Assembly: GCA_040004085.1 (NCBI GenBank)
Contig: JBDUBN010000001.1
Span: forward strand, 555-64,554
Direction of reading: 5' to 3'
DNA length: 64,000 nt
From: Novosphingobium sp.
Lineage (GTDB): Bacteria; Pseudomonadota; Alphaproteobacteria; Sphingomonadales; Sphingomonadaceae
Part shown: positions 1 to 9,767 of the stretch, piece after piece
Layout: the number at the start of each line of letters is the position of its first letter
How positions within the stretch are numbered: position 1 is the stretch's first letter
Program-made: the position numbers and the translations under genes
Notes under the pieces: generated by a model
What the model was told of the DNA's origin: nothing
The model's database searches: none
What the model saw: only the letters and a program-made list of their open reading frames with translations

Positions 1-517
1 GCCCGTCGCTGCGATGCACTGCTTCACCCAGTACCTCGCCGGATTCGAGGAAATGCTCGGTCTCGCAGTTTTGGCAATTGCTGACGGTCAGCACGCGCTC
101 GTGGATTTTCAGCGCGTTGACGACATTGATCGTTGCGTAATGCCGCGGCAGCAGCGGATGGCTCGTGGCGAGACCCATGACTTCGCGTTCCTTGGCCACC
201 GCTTCGCAAGTATGAGCCAGGTCGGGCGCCCCCCGATAGTCATAAGGCTGATCGAACAGGTACCACGGCATCTCGTCCGAAACGTAATTGCCCGAATAGT
301 GCGCACCGGCGTCGTAGAGATGATAGCCGGTGGTGAACCAGTGACTGTCGAAGATCACGATCGTGTCGGGTTTGACCTCGTCGATCTTCGCCCGCAACCG
401 GGCAAAGCCGGCGACGAGATCGGAATCCCGACCGTCACCCATAGTAATGCGGAAGTCGTCCGATTGCATCAAGCCAGGATGATGCGAGACGAGCGCGGCG
501 CCGACGATAGTACCCAT
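1..517 (-). CDS. hpaD: LigB-family extradiol dioxygenase, homoprotocatechuate 2,3-dioxygenase-like (3' end runs off the window)
   Basis: Not in the ORF track. Manual translation from ATG 517: MGTIVGAALVSHHPGLMQ...PDTIVIFDSHWFTTGYH...YSGNYVSDEMPWYLFDQPYDYRGAPDLA, matching the HpaD/HpcB pattern (DTIIVFDTHW, YTSNELP, YNYEGNPEL). Lies downstream of an HpaE-like gene. Confidence 0.8.
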   Translation of the reverse strand, partial: MGTIVGAALVSHHPGLMQSDDFRITMGDGRDSDLVAGFARLRAKIDEVKPDTIVIFDSHWFTTGYHLYDAGAHYSGNYVSDEMPWYLFDQPYDYRGAPDLAHTCEAVAKEREVMGLATSHPLLPRHYATINVVNALKIHERVLTVSNCQNCETEHFLESGEVLGEAVHRSDG

Positions 518-544
518 GGTCGATTGTTATCCCGTGGAGGAAGT

Positions 545-2017
545 TCAGCGTTGGCTGAAGCTGGGTTTGAACGGTTGTTTGGGGATGACGACATCCTTGA
601 TGTCGCAGAAGAACTCGAAGCTCCATCCACCGCCCTCGCGGCCGATCCCGGATTGCCCGCGCCCGCCGAATGGCGCGGCGAGATCGCGGATGCCGAACGA
701 ATTGACCCAGATGAAGCCCGTTCGGACGCGCTCGGCAATCGCCGTAGCGTGGGCCTGTTCGCCGTAGCAGACCCCGCCCAGGCCATAGACGGTGTCGTTG
801 GCGAGGCGCACCGCCTCATCATCGCCGGTGAATGTCTGAAGCACAAGGACCGGACCGAAAACCTCCTCGCGCACAATCTCGTCGGCTTCGATGACCCCGG
901 CGAACATCGTCGGCTGGAAGTAGAGGTCGCCGAACGGATGCGCGCCGCCGCCCCACAGCACTTGCGCGCCTGCGGCCTTGGCACGATCGACATAACCGCG
1001 TACCCGGTCGAACTGGCGCGGGTGGATGATCGGGCCGACCTCGGTGCTCTCATCGCGCGGGTCGCCGACCCGCAGGCGCGACACATATTCGCTCATGCGG
1101 CTGACGAACTCGTCGCGCACGCGTGCATCGACCAGAAAGCGGGTGCCAGCGAGACACACTTGCGTCGCGTTTCGGTACATAAGCGCGCCCGTTGCTGCAG
1201 CGGCATCGAGATCCGCGTCAGCGAGCACGATGAAGGGCGACTTGCCGCCCAGTTCCAGGCTTGCAGGTACGAGATGATCGCCGGCCACTTTTGCGATGGT
1301 GCGCGCGGTCGGCACCGAGCCGGTGAACGAAATGCGCGACAGGCGCGTGTCCCCAACCAGTGCAGCGCCGGTGACGGCGCCGTTGCCCTGGATGACGTTG
1401 AAGACGCCCGGCGGAAGCCCGGCGGCGTCGGCGGCGTCGGCCAGCAGCGAACAACTGAGCGGCGCCCATTCGGGCGGCTTGACCACGACCGTGTTGCCCG
1501 CCGCGAGCGCCGGACCCACCTTCCAGGTGGTCAGCATCAAAGGCGCGTTCCACGGCGTGATGATCGCACAGACGCCCGCCGGATCGTGGCGGACGTGGTG
1601 GGTCGCCTGGGCGGTTTCGATCACGCGGTCCTGCAAGGTCAGCGCATGCTCGGCGAAGTATCCGATGTTCAGCATCGCGCGCGGAACTATACCGTGCCGC
1701 ATCCGCGACAGGAGAACCCCGGCGTCATTCGATTCAGCGAGGCACAGGGCTTCTGCCCGTTTGCCGATCTCTTCGGCAAAACGATCGAGAAAAGGCTTGC
1801 GGCCAACTGCTCCGAGATCCGCCCAAGCGGGAAATGCTGCACAGGCCGCGCCGACGGCATCGCTCACCTGTTCCGGCGACGCCTCCGCCACCCTTCCCAA
1901 AACGCGACGATCGATCGGCGAGAACACTTCGAACGACGCAGGCGAGTCAATTCGCCGACCGCCGATGTAGTGGCGCGCAGAGATCGAATGCCCATCGATT
2001 TCAATAAATTCAGACAT
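545..2017 (-). CDS. Aldehyde dehydrogenase, HpaE-like (hydroxymuconic semialdehyde dehydrogenase group)
   Basis: ITPWNAP, FTGS, LELGGKSP, catalytic QVCLAG, EEVFGP, SGIGREGG motifs; context next to dioxygenase and aldolase; start taken at MSEF (ATG 2017). Confidence 0.85.
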   Translation of the reverse strand: MSEFIEIDGHSISARHYIGGRRIDSPASFEVFSPIDRRVLGRVAEASPEQVSDAVGAACAAFPAWADLGAVGRKPFLDRFAEEIGKRAEALCLAESNDAGVLLSRMRHGIVPRAMLNIGYFAEHALTLQDRVIETAQATHHVRHDPAGVCAIITPWNAPLMLTTWKVGPALAAGNTVVVKPPEWAPLSCSLLADAADAAGLPPGVFNVIQGNGAVTGAALVGDTRLSRISFTGSVPTARTIAKVAGDHLVPASLELGGKSPFIVLADADLDAAAATGALMYRNATQVCLAGTRFLVDARVRDEFVSRMSEYVSRLRVGDPRDESTEVGPIIHPRQFDRVRGYVDRAKAAGAQVLWGGGAHPFGDLYFQPTMFAGVIEADEIVREEVFGPVLVLQTFTGDDEAVRLANDTVYGLGGVCYGEQAHATAIAERVRTGFIWVNSFGIRDLAAPFGGRGQSGIGREGGGWSFEFFCDIKDVVIPKQPFKPSFSQR

Positions 2018-2156
2018 GAGGGTCGACAGTCCCACGCTTGAGGATTAGCGGCAAAGGCCGGGCGTTCTATTTTATATGAAAGCGAATCGTTGCGTTGTCA
2101 ACGGTCGTATGCTACGGCGAGTGTCTTGGCAGTATGAGCCGGGTGCAAGGGAGCAA

Positions 2157-2942
2157 ATGACGAGGAACCGCTTCAAGGACGCGCTGACGGCAGGCGAAAC
2201 GCAGATCGGGCTGTGGCAGACGCTCGGCTCTCCGATCACCGTCGAACTGTGTGCGGCTGCGGGCTTCGACTGGCTTCTGCTGGATGCCGAACACGGCCCC
2301 TATTCGATTCCAGTGCTGCTGGCGCAACTCCAGGCCATGAACGGCTCCGCCTCGCATCCAGTGGTACGCGTACCCGCAACCGATTCCACAAGTATCCGGC
2401 AAGTGCTCGACGTCGGCGCAATGACCATCCTCGCGCCATTTGTCGAAAGCGCGGCGCAGGCCGGCGCAATCGTTGCCGCGACACGCTACGCGCCGGAAGG
2501 CGTCCGCGGGCTCGCGGCCGGGCAGATCCGGGCGTCGCGCTGGGGCCGCGACGCAGCTTATATCGACGAGGCGAACAGCCAGATCGGTGTGCTGGTGCAG
2601 ATCGAGAGCCGCGCCGGGGTCGACGCCATTGCCGAGATCGCTGCGGTGAACGGCGTCGATGGGGTGTTCATCGGACCCGCCGATCTGGCGGCTTCGCTGG
2701 GCTATCGCGGCCAGCCCGAACACCCCGAAGTTCGCGCGGTGATCGACCGGTTGATCGATGTGGCGCGGGGTGTGGGTAAGGCTGTCGGTGTGCTGACGCT
2801 CAACGAGCAACTCGCCGCCCACTACATCGAGCGCAGATGCACGTTTGTAGCGGTGGGGACCGACGTCACCGTGCTGGCGAAAGGCGTAGATGCGCTGGCT
2901 GCCAGGTTTTGCGGACGCGCCGCCACGGTGGCGGGTTATTGA
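2157..2942 (+). CDS. hpaI: HpcH/HpaI-family class II aldolase
   Basis: GFDWLLLDAEHGP, VQIES and DGVFIGPADL motifs; RBS-like AGGGAG before ATG 2157. Confidence 0.85.
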   Translation: MTRNRFKDALTAGETQIGLWQTLGSPITVELCAAAGFDWLLLDAEHGPYSIPVLLAQLQAMNGSASHPVVRVPATDSTSIRQVLDVGAMTILAPFVESAAQAGAIVAATRYAPEGVRGLAAGQIRASRWGRDAAYIDEANSQIGVLVQIESRAGVDAIAEIAAVNGVDGVFIGPADLAASLGYRGQPEHPEVRAVIDRLIDVARGVGKAVGVLTLNEQLAAHYIERRCTFVAVGTDVTVLAKGVDALAARFCGRAATVAGY

Positions 2943-3034
2943 CCGTGGACAGGCCAGAACTCCGCAACACCTGGGATATCGACCGCGCTGGCTCCGCGTG
3001 CGAAACGGTCCATTCCCATGATAAAACCGCAGGC

Positions 3035-3547
3035 ATGTCGCAAATGGTGATCAAGAAGAGGCGCTTCCCCCCCGGAGTGGAGCCCCAAGACGTAATCGCG
3101 CTCAGGGAGTTTCTGCCCTACAGGATCCATTTGTTGTCGGCGAAGATCGCGCGTCCGGCGGACGTCAAGCTGGCCGACGGCAAGATCGTGCGCGCGCGCG
3201 ACTGGCGGGTGATCCTGCAGCTTGCGAGCCGCGGCCCGATGACCAATCGCGAGCTTTCTTCGATGGTCGGTCTCGATGCTGCCAACATCACCCGGGTCGT
3301 CCAGTATCTCGGCGACATCGGCCTAGTGACCACACGCTCGTCGGCGGTCGATCGCCGCAAGCAGATCATCAGCCTGACCGCCGAGGGTGCCGCAGTTCAC
3401 GATGTCATCGCCCCGGAGCGCAAGCGGGTGGGCGAGGAACTGCTCGGCTGTTTCACCGAGACCGAGCGCGTGCAATTTTTTCGAATGCTCGACCGGCTTG
3501 AAGAACACTTGGAGGACAATCCCAGCGACGAAGACTGGATAGAATAA
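3035..3547 (+). CDS. MarR-family transcriptional regulator
   Basis: Winged HTH LDAANITRVVQYL and DRRKQIISLTAEG motif. Confidence 0.85.
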   Translation: MSQMVIKKRRFPPGVEPQDVIALREFLPYRIHLLSAKIARPADVKLADGKIVRARDWRVILQLASRGPMTNRELSSMVGLDAANITRVVQYLGDIGLVTTRSSAVDRRKQIISLTAEGAAVHDVIAPERKRVGEELLGCFTETERVQFFRMLDRLEEHLEDNPSDEDWIE

Positions 3548-3582
3548 AAGTTTTTTGGTTTAAAATAAAAAACTTAAACTTC

Positions 3583-3602
3583 GCGCATTAATGCGCATTA
3601 AT
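3583..3602. promoter_or_regulatory. Overlapping palindromes / tandem GCGCATTAAT in an AT-rich intergenic region, candidate operator
   Basis: GCGCATTAATGCGC (3583-3596) and ATTAATGCGCATTAAT (3587-3602) are both perfect palindromes, upstream of the TBDR gene. Confidence 0.4.
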
Positions 3603-3763
3603 TACGTTCGTCTATTGCGGTTGTATTGTAGTAATTTTCTCACAAGTCCTCAAATTACTTTCACTTGTGTTAAATCTCTAAGCAGACAATCGTTTCGCTG
3701 GACAATCGGCGCTCACCGCAACGTGTGAGTAGATCGTGTGACGCTTTAAGGGGATCGATCAAC

Positions 3764-6607
3764 ATGACTCAGACCGCAAATCAAACCACGCCCGGCTCGC
3801 TTCGTACTGGCGTTGGAATCACCAGTCTCGCCTTGGCGATGGCGGCCTTCTGCGCTCCGCAGGGCGCTTTCGCGCAGGAGCAGGCGGCACCGGACAAGGT
3901 TATCGATAGCTCTGCGGCCGAAACACCCGGAGTCGGCGAGGAGCCGGCTGAGGGCGGCGAAATACTCGTTACCGGATCGCGCATCCCGACTGGCGCGAAG
4001 AGCTCCACACCGGTCACAATGATGAGCAATGAAGTTCTCCAGCGGGGTAATCCCTCTACTCCGGTGGCCGCGCTTCGCGATCTTCCTGCGCTCTCTGCGA
4101 CAGCGACGAGCACGCGCAATCCTCCCTCCGGAGGAGCCTCGAACGGCGGCGCCAGTTTCCTCGACCTGCGTGGCCTGGGTGCCGCTCGTACTCTCACACT
4201 TGTTGATGGGCGCCGGTTCGTTCCGGCGACTTCGACCGGCCTGGTGGACGCGAACCTGATCCCTTCGGCGCTGCTCGATCGGATCGATGTGGTAACCGGC
4301 GGCGGTTCGGCCGCCTATGGCTCGGATGCGGTCGCGGGCGTCGTGAACTTCATCCTCAACACCAAGCTGGACGGGGTGCGCGCAAAGGCGCAGGTCGGCA
4401 TCAGTCAATATGGCGACAATGCCGAAAAGCTGATCACCTTAGCGGTCGGCAAGGCACTGATGGACGACAAGCTGCACTTGAGTTTTGGTGCCGAGTACTT
4501 CAAGAACGAAGGCGTAGGACCCGCATCGCGCGACTGGGCGCGCACGGGCGTGAACATCATCAATAACCCTGCGGCTCCCCCTGCGCAGATTCTGGCCCCC
4601 AATTCGCGTATCCGCACGACCACGGGCGGTTTCGTAGTGACCGGGAATGGCGGCACGGCTGCCGCGAATGCCGCGTTCACCGGAATTATCTTTGGCCCGG
4701 GCGGAACTGTCGGAAACTATGACTTCGGCACGCTGACCACAAGCGGGACGCAGTCCGGCGGTAGCGGGTTCGATACCACCACGACCCAACCACTCAATCG
4801 TCCCAACGAGCGCAAGACGATCTATGGCCACATCGACTTCGAAGTCGCCAACGGCTGGTCCGTATTCGGCGAAGGCTCTTACGGCGAGGTCAAAGCCGAA
4901 TATGTGAACGGTCCCAATCTCCATTTAGGAGCGACGAGCCTGACGATCCTGAGCGATAACGCCTACCTTCCGACGTCCGTCCGCAACCAGATGCTTGCTA
5001 CCGGGGTCACCAGTCTGACCGTATCCCGGGCCGACAAGGAAGATGGCTACCTGTTTTCGAAGAACCTAGAGCAGGTCGCCAGGGGCATCGGCGGCATCAA
5101 GGGGACGGTCGGGACCTGGAATGTCGACGCCTTCTTCTCCTACGGCGATGCCAAGGCGCAAAATTCCGTGTTGGCCAACTACATCCTCGCCAACTATGCC
5201 CAAGCGGTTGACGCGGTCGCCGGACCTGGCGGACAGATCGTCTGTCGCTCGACCTTGACCGCACCCACCAACGGGTGCGTACCTTTCAATATCTTCGGCG
5301 AGGGGTCGCCCTCGGCAGCTGCGGTATCGTACGTCACCGGCACCGCGGTGGCGAAGACCCACAACACCCTGAAGAACGTCGGCATCAACGCTTCCGGCAC
5401 CCTGTTCGAGGGTTGGGCAGGGCCGATCAAGGCCGCTGCAGGATTCGAGGCGCGGTGGGAAACTACGGCGGTAACCTCTGACGCTCTATCGCGGGCGCGC
5501 TCCTTCAATATCCAGAACGTCTTGCCCTGGTCCGCCAAGCAGCAAGTTCAGGAAGGGTACCTCGAAGCCTCGATCCCGTTGCTTCGGGACGCGCCATTTG
5601 CCCGTGAGCTCACGGTCGATCTGGCCGGACGGCGCACGCATTACAGCACCAGTGGATCGGTCAACACCTGGAAGGTCAGCGGAAGCTGGACGCCGGTCGA
5701 CGACATCCGGTTCCGCGCAACGCGGTCGCGCGATATTCGTGCCCCCTCACTCAGCGAGCTATTTGTCGCCGGCACGCAAGACGTATTCAACGGTACCGAT
5801 CCGTTCAAAAACAACACTCAGGTGTTTCGCATCCTTCAGCTCACTTCGGGAAATCCCACTTTGACGCCCGAAGTCAGCAATACCCAAACTTACGGCGTCG
5901 TGTTGCAGCCTAATTTCATCCCGCGTCTGACGCTGTCGGTCGACTACTACGATATCAAGATCAGGGATGCGGTTGCGACCTTGACCCCCCAGAACCTGCT
6001 GAACCAGTGCTTTGCCGGTGTCACAACCGCTTGCGCGAACTTCGTGCGCGATTCCGGGGGCAATCTGACAACCGTCCTGCTCCGGCCGATCAACTACGCG
6101 GCGTTCCAGACGCGGGGGATCGACATCGATCTCAACTATACGATCCCCCTGGCGGCGGGCGATACTATCAACATCCGCTCGGTAACCAATCGCCTGATCT
6201 CGCAAAAACTGACCAACCCTGGTTCCGCGCCTCAGAAACAGGCCGGCGATGTCGGACTGTTCGCCAATCCGAAATGGCGAAACACCACGCAAGTTACCTA
6301 TAGCAATGGCGGGTTCACCGGCTTCCTCCAAAGTCGCTACATCGGTGGTGGCATTATCGACAGCGTCAGGGCTGCAGCCGGGACGCTTCTCAACCAGAAC
6401 GTTAAGGGTCGTCTCTACCTCGACACCCAGCTTTCCTATCGCCTGGAATCGGGACCGATGGAATTCTACCTCAATATTCGCAACCTGTTGAACAAGGCCC
6501 CGCCGATCTACCCGAGCGGCAGCACGTCCAATCCGGCGCAAACCAACGGATCGCTGTTCGACATGGTCGGCCGTATGTTCAGCGTCGGTGTGAATGTGAA
6601 GATGTGA
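3764..6607 (+). CDS. TonB-dependent receptor
   Basis: Signal peptide, TonB box EILVTGSRI, plug motifs LRGLGAARTLTLVDGRR and RIDVVTGGGSAAYGSDAVAGVVNFIL, C-terminal NLLNKAPP...GRMFSVGVNVKM. Confidence 0.95.
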   Translation: MTQTANQTTPGSLRTGVGITSLALAMAAFCAPQGAFAQEQAAPDKVIDSSAAETPGVGEEPAEGGEILVTGSRIPTGAKSSTPVTMMSNEVLQRGNPSTPVAALRDLPALSATATSTRNPPSGGASNGGASFLDLRGLGAARTLTLVDGRRFVPATSTGLVDANLIPSALLDRIDVVTGGGSAAYGSDAVAGVVNFILNTKLDGVRAKAQVGISQYGDNAEKLITLAVGKALMDDKLHLSFGAEYFKNEGVGPASRDWARTGVNIINNPAAPPAQILAPNSRIRTTTGGFVVTGNGGTAAANAAFTGIIFGPGGTVGNYDFGTLTTSGTQSGGSGFDTTTTQPLNRPNERKTIYGHIDFEVANGWSVFGEGSYGEVKAEYVNGPNLHLGATSLTILSDNAYLPTSVRNQMLATGVTSLTVSRADKEDGYLFSKNLEQVARGIGGIKGTVGTWNVDAFFSYGDAKAQNSVLANYILANYAQAVDAVAGPGGQIVCRSTLTAPTNGCVPFNIFGEGSPSAAAVSYVTGTAVAKTHNTLKNVGINASGTLFEGWAGPIKAAAGFEARWETTAVTSDALSRARSFNIQNVLPWSAKQQVQEGYLEASIPLLRDAPFARELTVDLAGRRTHYSTSGSVNTWKVSGSWTPVDDIRFRATRSRDIRAPSLSELFVAGTQDVFNGTDPFKNNTQVFRILQLTSGNPTLTPEVSNTQTYGVVLQPNFIPRLTLSVDYYDIKIRDAVATLTPQNLLNQCFAGVTTACANFVRDSGGNLTTVLLRPINYAAFQTRGIDIDLNYTIPLAAGDTINIRSVTNRLISQKLTNPGSAPQKQAGDVGLFANPKWRNTTQVTYSNGGFTGFLQSRYIGGGIIDSVRAAAGTLLNQNVKGRLYLDTQLSYRLESGPMEFYLNIRNLLNKAPPIYPSGSTSNPAQTNGSLFDMVGRMFSVGVNVKM

Positions 6608-6617
6608 ACGCACTGTG

Positions 6618-6650
6618 CGCCCGCGTGTTGGCTTTGGCCGAGCGCGGGCG
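6618..6650. terminator. GC-rich hairpin between convergent TBDR and LysR genes
   Basis: CGCCCGCG...TTGGC-TTTG-GCCGA...CGCGGGCG stem-loop; no clear U-tract. Confidence 0.35.
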
Positions 6651-6707
6651 ACGTGCGGGCCGCCGTCGAACCGTCGGTATGATGATCCGCCACGGCAGCG
6701 TCGGTTG

Positions 6708-7613
6708 TCAGGGCGCTTTGCCTTTCAACCGCTCGCGGATGAAATTTCTCAGGGCGGTGACCTTGTCCGGAAGCTCGCGGTCAGCCGATGCATAAAGGGT
6801 GACGTAGCGGGTGATGTGGGGTTCGATCACTGGTCGCATTACCAGGCCCATCGGCAACGCCAGCGCCTTGACGTATTCCGGCGAGAAAGTGATCCCCAGG
6901 CCGGCTGCTGCCATGCCGAGCGCGGTCGAGATATTGTCGAACACCTGCTGCGGCGCAATCGCCAGATGGTTCGGTCCGTGGCCTCCGAAGGGTCCGACGC
7001 TCTGCTCGTGGTCGCGCCCGGCCGTGAAAAAATCAATGCCTTGGAGATCGGCCCAGCGCACATCGCTCCTCCCGGCCAGCGCGTGTGCCGGTGAGAACCA
7101 GACCACCCACGCGGTTTCGTAGAGATGCTCGGCCGACACATCGCTGCTGACGGTGCGATCCGGCCCCAGCGCAAGGTCGGCTTCGCCGCTGAGCAGGCGG
7201 TCGGCCATCCATTCGACTCCTGTATCGACCACGCGCACTTCGGTGCGCGGCTCGATGACGCGGTATGCGGCGATCAGCGGGGGCAGCAGGGTGGCGGCGA
7301 CGGCCTGGGGTGCGGCTACGCGAACCACGTCTACCGAACGGTTGGCGATATCCGACGCGGCGACTGCGGTCATTGTGATGCGCCGTTGGACCGACAACAC
7401 GACGGGCAGAAATTGCCGTCCTTGCGGCGTCAGGGCAACCTTCCGGGTGGTGCGTTCGAACAGACTGAAACCAACCGCGTGTTCGAGCTCGGAAATCAGG
7501 CTGCTCACAGCCGAAGGGGTAAGGTTCAGCCGTCCCGCCGCCACCGTGAAACTTCCGGCTTCGGCTGCCGCGACGAAGGCACTGAGCTGCCGGGTGGTGA
7601 ATCTTGGAAGCAT
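6708..7613 (-). CDS. LysR-family transcriptional regulator
   Basis: N-terminal HTH RQLSAFVAAAEAGSFTVAAGRLNLTPSAVS and LFERTTRKVALTPQG; divergent from the aminotransferase operon. Confidence 0.92.
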   Translation of the reverse strand: MLPRFTTRQLSAFVAAAEAGSFTVAAGRLNLTPSAVSSLISELEHAVGFSLFERTTRKVALTPQGRQFLPVVLSVQRRITMTAVAASDIANRSVDVVRVAAPQAVAATLLPPLIAAYRVIEPRTEVRVVDTGVEWMADRLLSGEADLALGPDRTVSSDVSAEHLYETAWVVWFSPAHALAGRSDVRWADLQGIDFFTAGRDHEQSVGPFGGHGPNHLAIAPQQVFDNISTALGMAAAGLGITFSPEYVKALALPMGLVMRPVIEPHITRYVTLYASADRELPDKVTALRNFIRERLKGKAP

Positions 7614-7790
7614 GACACGACATCTCTTAACGCTAATCATCGCAAGAACGTTACCATATATTCGTTGACTTGGCAATGAAGGTAATGCATATGCAACGGT
7701 CTCTGGGCCGGCGCAGTGAGCGGCGCCAAGGCGACACATTTGCGTAAAGCGGCTTTCGTGCTCGCCCGATCGCAATTCAGGAAGGTACCG

Positions 7791-8969
7791 ATGTTCGACC
7801 TTTTGAAACCCATGCCGGCAGACCCTTTGTTGCAGATCATTGCCGCACATCGCGCCGATACGCGGGCGGACAAGATCGACTTGGGCGTGGGCGTGTTTCG
7901 CGACGAAACCGGCGCGACGCCGGTCTTCCGCGCCGTCAAGGCCGCCGAAAAGTTGCTGTACGAGCAGCAGTCAAGCAAAGGCTATCTCGGAATAGAGGGT
8001 GATCCAGTTTTCACCGATCTGCTGCGCCCGGTCGCGTTTGGCGCGGACAAGGTGGACCCGACTCTCATCGCGGCCTTGCAGACGCCTGGCGGCGGCGGCG
8101 CGCTCCGTCTGGGAGCGGAGCTTATCGCCACGGCGCGGCCCGAAGCCAAGCTCTGGCTGGGCACCCCGAGCTGGCCCAACCATCGTCCGATCTTTGCCGC
8201 GTGCGGCCTCGAAGTCCGCGAATATCGCTTCGCCGATCTCGAGGCCCAGGCGCTGCTGTTCGACGCGATGATGACGGAACTGGCCGACGCCGAGGCGGGC
8301 GACGTGGTTCTGCTGCAAGGCAGTTGCCACAACCCGACCGGGCTCGACCTCGATGAAGATCAGTGGTGCGCGGTGGCCGATCTGTGTGCGACCAACGGCC
8401 TCGTTCCTTTCGTCGACCTTGCCTATCAAGGACTCGGCCAGGGGATGGACGCCGACGCAGCAGGCCTGCGGATCGTCTGTGAACGGGTGCCCGAACTCCT
8501 GCTTGCCTATTCTTGCGACAAGAATTTCGGGCTGTATCGCGAGCGCACGGGTGCGCTCTACGTCAAGGCGGCCAACTCCCAACAGGCGGGCAACGCGGCG
8601 ACGAATCTGGCGGTGCACGCCCGGGTGAGCTGGTCCATGCCACCCGATCACGGCGCGGCCGTCGTCCGTGCGATCCTGGAGGATCCGGCACTGACCGCGG
8701 ACTGGCAGGAAGAACTTTCCGCAATGGCTGCGCGTATCCACGCGGTGCGCGGAGCGATCGCTGTAGCCAGTCCGCGCCTGTCTGCGATTGCTCGGCAGAA
8801 TGGCCTGTTTTCCAACCTGGCCCTGACCCCCGGGCAAGTCGATTCGCTACGCGCCGATCACGCTATTTACGTCGCGCCATCCGGGCGTTTGAACGTAGCG
8901 GGACTGCGTGTCGAAGATGCCCCGCGGCTCGTCGCCGCGCTCGAAGCTGTCGGGGGCTTGCCCGTCTAG
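7791..8969 (+). CDS. tyrB: Aromatic amino acid / aspartate aminotransferase (class I, TyrB/AspC family)
   Basis: KIDLGVGVFRDE, CHNPTG, DLAYQG, PLP-lysine motif SCDKNFGLYRER, SGRLNVAGL. Confidence 0.85.
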   Translation: MFDLLKPMPADPLLQIIAAHRADTRADKIDLGVGVFRDETGATPVFRAVKAAEKLLYEQQSSKGYLGIEGDPVFTDLLRPVAFGADKVDPTLIAALQTPGGGGALRLGAELIATARPEAKLWLGTPSWPNHRPIFAACGLEVREYRFADLEAQALLFDAMMTELADAEAGDVVLLQGSCHNPTGLDLDEDQWCAVADLCATNGLVPFVDLAYQGLGQGMDADAAGLRIVCERVPELLLAYSCDKNFGLYRERTGALYVKAANSQQAGNAATNLAVHARVSWSMPPDHGAAVVRAILEDPALTADWQEELSAMAARIHAVRGAIAVASPRLSAIARQNGLFSNLALTPGQVDSLRADHAIYVAPSGRLNVAGLRVEDAPRLVAALEAVGGLPV

Positions 8970-9005
8970 ATTTCTCGGCACCGCCGAAACGTAAGGAGAT
9001 CGCCG

Positions 9006-9767
9006 ATGCGCTTTGCCGATAAAGTCATCCTCGCGACGGGCGTGGCTACGGGTCTGGGGCGGGTGGTCGCCGAACTTTTTGCCCGCGAAGGTGCAAAGCT
9101 TGTTCTGTTCGACTACAACGAAGAACATTTGCGTAAACTCTCCATCGACCTGCAGGAGACCGGTGCTTCCGTACTCTGGCGAGTCGAGGATGTATCGCTT
9201 GCCGAAACGGCCGATGCCGCAATCGCCCTTGTGGAAGCCGCGCACGGGCGGCTCGATGTCCTGGTGTGCAATGCCGGCATCAACCCGGTCGGCAATATCG
9301 TCGATACCCCGGTCGATGTATGGGACCGCACGATCGCGGTCAATCTGCGCTCGGCTTATCTGTTTGCGGCGCGCGCCATCCCCTTGATGGAGCGCGGGGG
9401 CGGCGGGACGATCGTGAACACAGCTTCGATCGCCTCGTTCAAGGCCTCGACGGCCGAAGCCGCGTATAGCGTGTCGAAAGCCGGGCTGATGCAGCTCACT
9501 CGGGTCATCGCCAAGGATTTCGGCGCAAGGGGCATCCGGGCCAACGCAGTGTGTCCCGGGTTCCTCCCTACTTACATGGCCGACCGCCTTCAGGGCGCTA
9601 CTCCCGAACAGCAGGCCACGCGGTCGCGGCGCGCGGCCGAACTGGTGCCAATGGGCCGCGAAGGGACTTACGAGGAAATCGCCAATATCATCGCTTTTCT
9701 GGCCAGCGACGATTCGTCCTACATAAACGGGGCGGGGATCACCGCCGACGGCGGGCAGACGGTTTGA
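9006..9767 (+). CDS. Short-chain dehydrogenase/reductase
   Basis: TGVATGLG, CNAG, YSVSK (YxxxK), IRANAVCPG, DGG motifs. Confidence 0.92.
   Translation: MRFADKVILATGVATGLGRVVAELFAREGAKLVLFDYNEEHLRKLSIDLQETGASVLWRVEDVSLAETADAAIALVEAAHGRLDVLVCNAGINPVGNIVDTPVDVWDRTIAVNLRSAYLFAARAIPLMERGGGGTIVNTASIASFKASTAEAAYSVSKAGLMQLTRVIAKDFGARGIRANAVCPGFLPTYMADRLQGATPEQQATRSRRAAELVPMGREGTYEEIANIIAFLASDDSSYINGAGITADGGQTV

Noticed and set aside
14-2041. 675 aa plus-strand ORF
   Set aside because: Antisense shadow of the ALDH and dioxygenase genes; no motifs, and such ORFs are typical of GC-rich codon bias.
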